DNA of 64,000 nt from Hyaloraphidium curvatum SAG 235-1. Lineage: Eukaryota > Fungi > Monoblepharomycota. Under the pieces are notes generated by a model. The model was not told where the DNA came from and did no database searches. It saw only the letters and a program-made list of their open reading frames with translations. The stretch's first letter is position 1. Each line of letters starts with the position of its first letter. Positions 56,590-64,000 of this stretch are shown here, in pieces. The DNA lies in contig JAIVFI010000001.1 in assembly GCA_025558095.1 (NCBI GenBank), positions 744,001-808,000 on the forward strand. Reading direction: 5' to 3'. Both the position numbers and the translations under genes were made by a program.

Positions 56590-58833
56590 TCACGATAGAC
56601 CTGGCAGTCCGAGCAGCGCGGCGTAAACAACTGACACCTGGGAAGTCCGGATGAGGAGTCGCTCGAGATCATCGGCGGCACAAGAACGTACCCTCTTGTC
56701 CGCAAAGCAGATGGAGATCTTGTCTCCTGCTGTGCTCCAGGAGACCTCGAAGATGCCGGAATCACCCTCGTACCGCTTCACAAGCGTTCCGTCCGCCACG
56801 TTCCACAGCGTCATCCCATGGTCAAAAGATCCAACGGCAACGTACTGGCCCCGCGGGTGGAAGGCCACGGAGTATATAGGCTCCGTGTGGTGCTTCAGGT
56901 GATGCAAGCACGCTCCCGACAGCACGTCCCAGATCCTCACGGTGGAGTCGAATGAGCCCCTGGAGGAAGAAAGGTTAGCAGCAGCGCAGCACCGTCCGTC
57001 AGCAACGTACGTCGCCATGAGCTTCTTGCCACTGGTATCCTGAGGACACCAGCGCAATGTGTAGACCTCGCGCTCATGGCCGACGAGCTCGCGATACACG
57101 GAACCCCGTCCAGTGACTCCGTCCGCCTCGAGCCCGTCCCAGGACCACACAAAGACCTTGCCGTCGTCGCCGCACGAGCCCAGCAATCGGCCTTCCGGGT
57201 CCCAACGGACGCAGTTGACCTCGGCCGTGTGTCCTTTGAGCGTCGACAAAGGCTTGTCGCTCCAGGTGCCGACGATTTGGATGAGATGATCCGAGGAGCA
57301 GCTGGCAAAGACGTCCTTATGCGGACCCGACGATCCCGAAGGAGGAGCCCAATCCACATCGAGCGTCGGCGCATCGTGAAGACGCCATCTGCCTTTCACG
57401 GCCGACGCCCGCCAGTCCCAGACCACGCACGACTTGTCGACGGATCCCGACAACAAAAGGTCTCCAGTTTTGTTCCACCGCAGCGAGAATATCGGCCCGC
57501 TGTGGTTGGCAATTGTGGCCACGAGGCGCACGGTGCCAAAGTTCGTCGTGACTGGGTTCCCCTCGGAGCAGATGAGCGGGTTCTCCGAATCGCTCTTTGC
57601 ACCCTCGGGGTCCGGCTTAGGCTCAAATGCCCATACCCGCGCCTTGCCGTCGTAGCTGCCTGTCGCAAGCAGCTCTCCCGTGGGGTTCCAGTCCATCGTC
57701 GTGACGTCCTTGTTTTCCGGAGCGTTCATCGCGTTCTCCAGAATGATGGAGAGCGACGACCCCGAGGAGCCCGGTTGCGCCGGAACAACCCACAATCGTG
57801 CGGTACCGTCGCCGGAGCTGCCAGGCAATCACGGTGTCAGCTCGCGCAGTAGTTCATTCCCGAGAGCAACCAACCCGGAAGCCAAAAACGAGTCACTTGA
57901 CTTCCCCTGACTGGAACCGTTCCACCACGCTCCAACAAACACTTCTCCTCCATGCCCCTCGAAAGAGGTAGTCAAAGATGGGGGTATCGTTGTGCCAGAA
58001 GACTGTCTGCCGGCCGAGGGCTCGTGGTTCGGCGCCGACTCGTGCCGAACGTCCTCCATGGCCACCACCCCGCTCGCTTCGGCCTTGACTTTATCCGAGT
58101 CGTCAGCTTTCGTCGACCCCACGCCGTTGACGGTGGGCTCGTCCATCTCGGCATCCTCCTTCTTGACCTTCTCCTTCTCGCGCGCCTTTTCCTTCTCCTT
58201 CTTCTTCGCCTTTGCCTTGGCTTTCGCCTTTGCCGCTGCTTCACCGGCATCGGCGTTCGTCTGCGACGGCTCCACGCAGGTATGCGGGTGGAGGAGGGAA
58301 AGAGGGGCAGAGCAAGGCCTCGCGGAGCCGTCCTGGCAGAGAAAGGACACTGAGTTCTCGCCCATCAGAAACCTCACTCCGCAAGAACGCACCTCCATTA
58401 GGTGAGTTTCGACCTCGACGTACTGCAGGCCCTTTTGGACGATGCTGATGAGCGCCCCCTGCTGGACGTTCTGAAGAATACGCTGCATCGCCTCCTTTCG
58501 CTCCAGAGACAGTTTGAGCTCCGAGGCAGCATCGCCGTCGTCTCTCCCGTGGCCATGCTGGTGGTGATGGTGGTGTTTCTCCGGGCCCGCGAGCCGGTTG
58601 AGGACGTCCGACTCGTAGCCGAATGTGTAGCCGGCGTGGGTGAACCCCGACTCGAGGAGGTACCGGTAAACCAGGTAGTTGAGCTCGTCCGAGGTAAACG
58701 AAACAGTTGCGGTCGGTATCGGAGCCTGCTGAGGCCCCGTTCCGCCGCCAGAGGTGGGCGTCGTCGGCGTGGCCGCGTTGCCCGAGGGCCCCGACTGCGC
58801 GTTCACGCCTAGCTGGCCCTGCGGCGACGCCAT
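56590..58833 (-). CDS. SIF2: TBL1/Sif2 LisH-WD40 protein (Set3C/NCoR HDAC complex)
   Basis: FTSDELNYLVYRYLLESGFTHAGYTF (LisH), GALISIVQKGLQYVEVE, SGDGTARLW, NKDVTTMDWN, LDVDW. Confidence 0.92.
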
Positions 58834-59010
58834 GCCGTCCGACAGGACACTCTAGCTCTCCACACGGCCTTCCGAAGCTCCTCAAGGCCGCGCTTTTCTC
58901 CGCATCGACGGTTAGGTGTCGTCCGCAAAAGAGGCCTAGCGATTTTCGCTACCAAACTGGACGCCCCCTATCGCGGTTGATTCCCGGCGGGGGCCCTTCT
59001 CCTGGCTTTC

Positions 59011-60059
59011 ATGACGGAGCATGAGGAGATCGTGCAGGTCGCAGAGTTTCCCCAGCTGCCGGACGTGGAGGCGGAGGCGCCGACCGGTGGGAAGGAGCCG
59101 TCTCCCGGGAGATGGTCTGGTTCTGAACAGGCTGCTCCCGGACGCCCTGGATCCTTTGCAGACGACGAACGCGTTCTAATCGCTATCGTCGAGTCTTCTG
59201 TTGCGGAGTTGGTGTTTGAGCCTCGCTTTGCTGGCGTGCCTCTCAACCTTCGCTCCAGGGAACCATGGGCGGACCTTCGGGAGATAATCAAACGGCAGCT
59301 GGAGAAGAACACGAAACGTGAGGAGAATATGTTGGAGCCTGTGGACGTTATTCGGCAGCCGGAGAAATTGGAGGATTACTTTTCGCGGATCTGGCAGACC
59401 CTCGACGCCTTGGACGAGTTGGGCCGTCGTCTCGTCTGCTCCGCGATTGGCCGCTTACAGGTGATGTTCTGCCATTCAGGGCACCATTCACCATTCAAAG
59501 ATTGGCGGAGCTTCTCACGGTTTCCAAGGCGACGTACCCACTGGTGTTCAAGTACCTGCGGGCGATCGAAAAGTGCCTCTCTGCCGTGTCGCCGCAATCG
59601 CGGACGTTGCTCCCGGATGCCGGCGGGGTCGAGATGGACCTGGTTCCGGACAGGACGGTCGTGGTCATGAACGACCCCGATCTCGGACCACCCACGGCCG
59701 AGCAGTTCCTCGGACCCAACGGCGATCTGGACGTCGTGACCCGTCTGCCGATGGCGATGTCGGCCGGCCCGAACATCGTGGAGGCACAGCTGGCCGCATT
59801 GGACGTCTCGGAGGCCGGGGGCACGCCGCCCGAGGTTCCAATGGCCGGGGGTTCCCCCAATCTTTTGGATCCGGAGAACGATCCCGCGGACACCGACGGA
59901 AGCAAGCGCAAGATGGAGCTGGACCAAGATGGCTCGCCTCCTGACGGCCAGTCGCCCGTGGTCGTGGACGAGGACGTTGGACGGCCGCCGGATCGGCCCG
60001 AGCTCGAATCGATGATACCAGAGCCGCCCTCCGACGACGGAGCAATGGATTTGACTTGA
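59011..60059 (+). CDS. PPP4R2: Protein phosphatase 4 regulatory subunit 2 (Psy4), intron ~5942x-59479
   Basis: APFTIQRLAELL...KYLRAIEK hallmark motif; acidic tail. Confidence 0.85.
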
Positions 60060-60110
60060 TGATGCCATGTATCAGGGCAGCAGTTGTACATAGCGATACC
60101 CCACCCATGT

Positions 60111-61656
60111 CTATCCGCGGTAATACCTCGACGGGACAAACGGCATCTTGGTCACCACGGCAGGTTGTACCTTGGACCTGACCTTGACCTGGAGCTCGGT
60201 GCCGTTCTTGCTGAGGGCGGTGGGCACGTATCCCATCGCCACATTCTTCTTCAGGGACGGCGAAGGCCCGCCGGAGGTGACCTTGCCGACCACGGTTCCC
60301 GCCTTGTCCAGAATCTCTGCTCCCTCTACGACCAGCAGACATGAGTCGGCGGCAGTTCCCTCAGCCGTTGTGCTTCCCTCTCACCTCGCGCAGGCGCCCC
60401 CTCAATGATCAACCCCACCCGTTTCCGGGAAGGTCCGTTCTTCAAGTGGTCCAAAACGGTCTCGGCGCCGATGAAGTTGGCCTCTGCTCTTCGCCGCTTG
60501 GCTAGGGCCCATCAGACCATGTTGTTTCTCAGCATGGTCGAAGTAGCCCACCGAATGTGAAGAGCAGTCCGGCCTCGACCAGCGAGGTTGTGTCGTCAAT
60601 GTCATGACCGTACAAACACAAGCCCGCCTCCAGCCGCAGGCTGTCCCTCGGACCGAGACCCGCGAGCTCGACGGCCGGGTTCGCCAAGAGCAGATCGCAG
60701 AGAGCTGCCGCTTCGTCATCAGCGACGCTGATCTGATAGAGCGACACATCAGGAGACGTGCAATCCGACCACGGCACAAACCCACTTCGAACCCGTCCTC
60801 CCCAGTGTATCCGCAACGCGTCACATGGACCTTCATGCCCTTGATATCCATGTCCCTCCCCGCCATGAAGGACAGGTCCGACAGGTCGCTGCCCACAAGA
60901 GCTCCGAGGACGCTGGCCGCCTTGGGACCCTGCAGCGCAATCAAACTGCGGTCAATGACCTCGACGTTGACGTCGCCCTTGAAGTTCTTGAGCTGGCTCC
61001 GGATGTGGGACAGGTCCTTGTCCCGCGTCCCAGCGTTCGAGACAACGAAGAGATGGTCCTTCTGCTTCTGGACGATCATGTCGTCGATGATGCCGCCTTT
61101 GTCGTTCACCAGCACCGTCAGCGTGCTTCCGCCCTCGGGAAGCCCCTCGATGTCGGCGACAGTCAGGTACTCGTAGAACTTGACACGATCCTTGCCCGTG
61201 ACCCTATAGGGGAGTGTCAACGGCGTGGGAGGCCGCGGAAAAGGCAACCCCACCTCGTCTGGAGCATGTGAGAGACGTCGAATATGGAGGCATTCTCCCT
61301 GGTGTGCAGGTGCGACTGCAGGACCCCCAGCTTGGCGTACTGCACGGGCATGTCGTAGCCCGCAAAGGGGACCATCTTGCCCCCGTGCTTGACGTGGAAG
61401 TCGTACAGCGAGGTCCGCAGCAGAGGCTGTTTCCGTCATCGGTGTCCAATGTCGATCGATTTAGAACAGTGGTGACGGAAAACCCCAAGCGAATGAAATG
61501 GCACGTTCAGGCCACCTGGAGGGAGTCGCAGAGTGGGCACCTGCCCACCTCGGATCCTGCCGCTGCCGCCGCGTACGCCCGGGTCTGCACAGCAGGGAGG
61601 ACATTAAGCCTCGCCGCGAGGGCGCGACCCGCCGCAGATAGCGTTGGGACGGGCAT
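60111..61656 (-). CDS. GCV1: Glycine cleavage system T protein (aminomethyltransferase), mitochondrial, multi-exon
   Basis: [83 protein letters not shown]. Confidence 0.95.
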
Positions 61657-61826
61657 GACGGGATTCGGGACCGTGAGAGTGCTTCGCTCGTTGTCGTCAC
61701 AAGGGGCGAACTACTTTGCCCCCCAGCAGGTCCAGGCTCCGAAGTCTCGCAGCCTCCGTTTCTGCGTTCTGCTGCGCTCTATCTTCCGCTCGGACGCCCT
61801 GGAATCCGTGATTCGCTCCCATCGGG

Positions 61827-62710
61827 ATGAGCGCAGTCACGAACTACCTTCCGAGTCTCCCGAGCCGGCTGAGCGTTGGTTCGACGGATGCCAAGGGCAA
61901 ACGGCAACCAATATTGGAGCGTCCGGTCAATAAGACGCGTAACGCGGAGGTTCGTTTCCGTCGATGGCCACTATCTCCGCGATTACGACCAAGATGGACA
62001 ACTCTTTCGATTTCCCAGGTCTCGCTCGCGTCTTTCGCGCTCCTCCTTTCGGAGATGATTGCCTACTCGCAGAAACGAGTCACAGGGATACAGGATCTCG
62101 AGAAGAAGTTCGTGTCGCTCTTCTGGAGAGTTGCAATCCGGCTAACGCTTCCTCCGGCTCGCCGTCCCCACCAAACTACCCTAGACTGAGCGATTTCGGA
62201 TTCCGTGTTGGCATTCGGTCTTTGGAACTCATAACCTGGAGGGAAAAGGGCAGCAAGAGGGAGACTCGGATCCTCAACATCCTTTACTTCATCCACTCGA
62301 TCGTCTGGAAGTCTCTCTTTGGGAAGCAGGCCGACGCGCTCGAGAAGAGCACCGAACATGAGGACGAATGTGGGAGGACAGCTCCGCTCCCATGGCGCGA
62401 CTTGTCTAATTTTCTGGACAGACATGATCTCGGACAACGAGCCCGTCCTGACCAAGTACATCAGCGTACCTAAGGAATTCGCGACGCTGAATTGCGGGGC
62501 TTTCATCGCCGGGATCGTGGAGGGCATCCTCGACGCGGCGCAGTTCGTGGGTTTTGGTCGCCTGCGCAAAGTGGGCCCCAGCTGACACCTTTTCAGCCCG
62601 CACGCGTCACCGCGCACTCTGTGCCCATCGATGGGTTTCCGCTGCGGACAACCATCCTGATGAAGTTTGCGCCAGAGGTTTTGGAACGGGAGAAAGGACC
62701 CGAACGGTGA
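61827..62710 (+). CDS. TRS31: TRAPP complex subunit Trs31 (TRAPPC5), 4 introns
   Basis: [67 protein letters not shown]. Confidence 0.93.
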
Positions 62711-62832
62711 CGGCGCCCCAGGCGCCGATGTTGATGACAGAGATACCTCGATGATACCATTCCTCGTATGTAGACAAATCCCAGGGTATAGCTGTGTCGA
62801 CTCTAGAATCCATCGACCGCGAGCGGCGCGTC

Positions 62833-63301
62833 CTATCGCCTGCCCTTCTTCTTCTTGCCCTGTTGGAGGAGTTAGACGAGATCAGAAGCGACGCAGACCG
62901 TGAACGAACCGCCGCTTTTTTAGAAGGCTTGAACTTGGCTCCAACTGTAGAGCACGTCCTGTGATTAGCAGCTGCATCCATTTCGTGCAGCGGAAGCACC
63001 CACTGAGGTTCCAGATCCTCTGGTTGCGCGATTTCTTGTACGCCTCCTTGAGTTTCCGCTTCTCCAGGTCCATGTCCTGCAGGTTCAGGACCTTCAGGCT
63101 CTCCAATCTCCGCGCCACCTCCACCACATTAATGTCCGGGTAGTGCCATTCGTTCAGTCGCTGCCCCATCAGCGGTTGGTCGAGGACCTTCAGCGCCGCT
63201 TTGGAGCTCGTCGTCGACGGGAGGCCAAAGACCCGCGCGCGGGCCTGCTGTAGCGCCGCCATCCGCGCGGGAGCAACAATCGACGCTGCTACGGCGCGCA
63301 T
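62833..63301 (-). CDS. RSM27: Mitochondrial small ribosomal subunit protein mS33, 2 introns
   Basis: LQQARARVFG...KVLDQPLMGQRLNEWHYP; Lys-rich end KKAA|GKKKKGRR* after predicted introns. Confidence 0.72.
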
Positions 63302-63399
63302 CGCGGCGATTCGCAGCCCCGAACCCGCGGAGTTGGGTGAATGAACAAGCTAGGACAAGGGCTTGACGCGTCAGTTGAGACCAACGTTCAAGACGATCG

Positions 63400-64000
63400 A
63401 TGGCGGACGAGAGGGAGACCGTCCGAATGTGGAGGGTCTCCAAGACCGTCCGCGAGATGTGCGTCGCGAGGGTGGGAGAGCTCTCGGACGGACGTGGTCT
63501 CGGTCGCTCATCGGGACCAACTTGCTCTCACCTCGACTGGACCCGCCAACGCCGTTTTCTCCTTCTGCGCCCGGTGCAAAGGGCTACAATGTCAGCGAGC
63601 AGGAGATCAACTGGGATTTGGACGAGTTCAAGACGCTGTTCTGCCAAGGAGGGTTGTCTCGTGTCAAGTTCGTCTGCGGTCTTCGCCAGTTGGGAGGAAG
63701 ATTGACGCCCTTCCGCGGCCCTCTTTCTTCATTTCGATCAGTCGAGACCTGATGGCGTTTGCGGTGGCACGGAACACGGATGCGACGGATACCTTGGCGG
63801 TCTTCTTCCCGTCGGAGGAACGGGTCGGCGTCAAGGACATCAGAAAGTACGCGCTGCCTGCCGACTTGCCTTACCGGTTCTTGGAGGCTTACATTTCGTC
63901 GCGTGGAACAGATTTGCAGAGAAAATGGCCCAGGACGGCTACAAGGGGGCGATTCTTGTGTGCCAGAGGAACTTGACGCCGTCAGCCAACAAAGCCCTCT
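63400..64000 (+). CDS. RPB5: RNA polymerase I/II/III shared subunit RPABC1, 3'-truncated by window
   Basis: RMWRVSKTVREMCVAR|GYNVS, LDEFK, VFFPSEERVGVKDIRK, LTPSANKA. Confidence 0.92.

Noticed and set aside
60085-60092. TGTACATA Puf3-like element, suggesting a Puf3 regulon for the mitochondrial cluster
   Set aside because: It lies on the PPP4R2 sense strand, not GCV1, and I saw no such element after COX11, MGE1, MSF1 or RSM27.

Overview
This is gene-dense, GC-rich eukaryotic DNA with about 35 protein-coding genes and many short (~50-60 nt) spliceosomal introns (donors GTGCG/GTGGG/GTGAG, branch-like CTGAC/CTCAC/CTAAC close to the YAG). Gene content (DUF1752-GATA factor, CYC8, KAR5, PEX4, SWF1, full-length NBAS) points to an early-diverging fungus. 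A chytrid/monoblepharid type is my inference, not an identification. Most genes are conserved housekeeping genes: MTR10, NBAS/SEC39, NAT3, Pol X, OSH, CYC8, PEX4, COX11, MSS116-like helicase, MGE1, MSF1, TBL1/SIF2, PPP4R2, GCV1, TRS31, RSM27 and RPB5. Many sit in tight head-to-head pairs. Accessory-looking, mostly intronless genes include two SDRs (one bacterial-like), an F-box-like gene, an ankyrin/coiled-coil gene and a tandem pair of membrane-anchored sulfotransferase-fold genes, one intact and one disabled by two lesions. Other notable items are a KAR5/GEX1 karyogamy gene, a run of mitochondrial-biogenesis genes, recurrent TGTA motifs after stop codons and a GC-AG intron. I found no tRNA, rRNA, CRISPR array or intact transposon, and no clear-cut novel multi-gene system. 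Exon boundaries were read by eye and may be off by a few bases.
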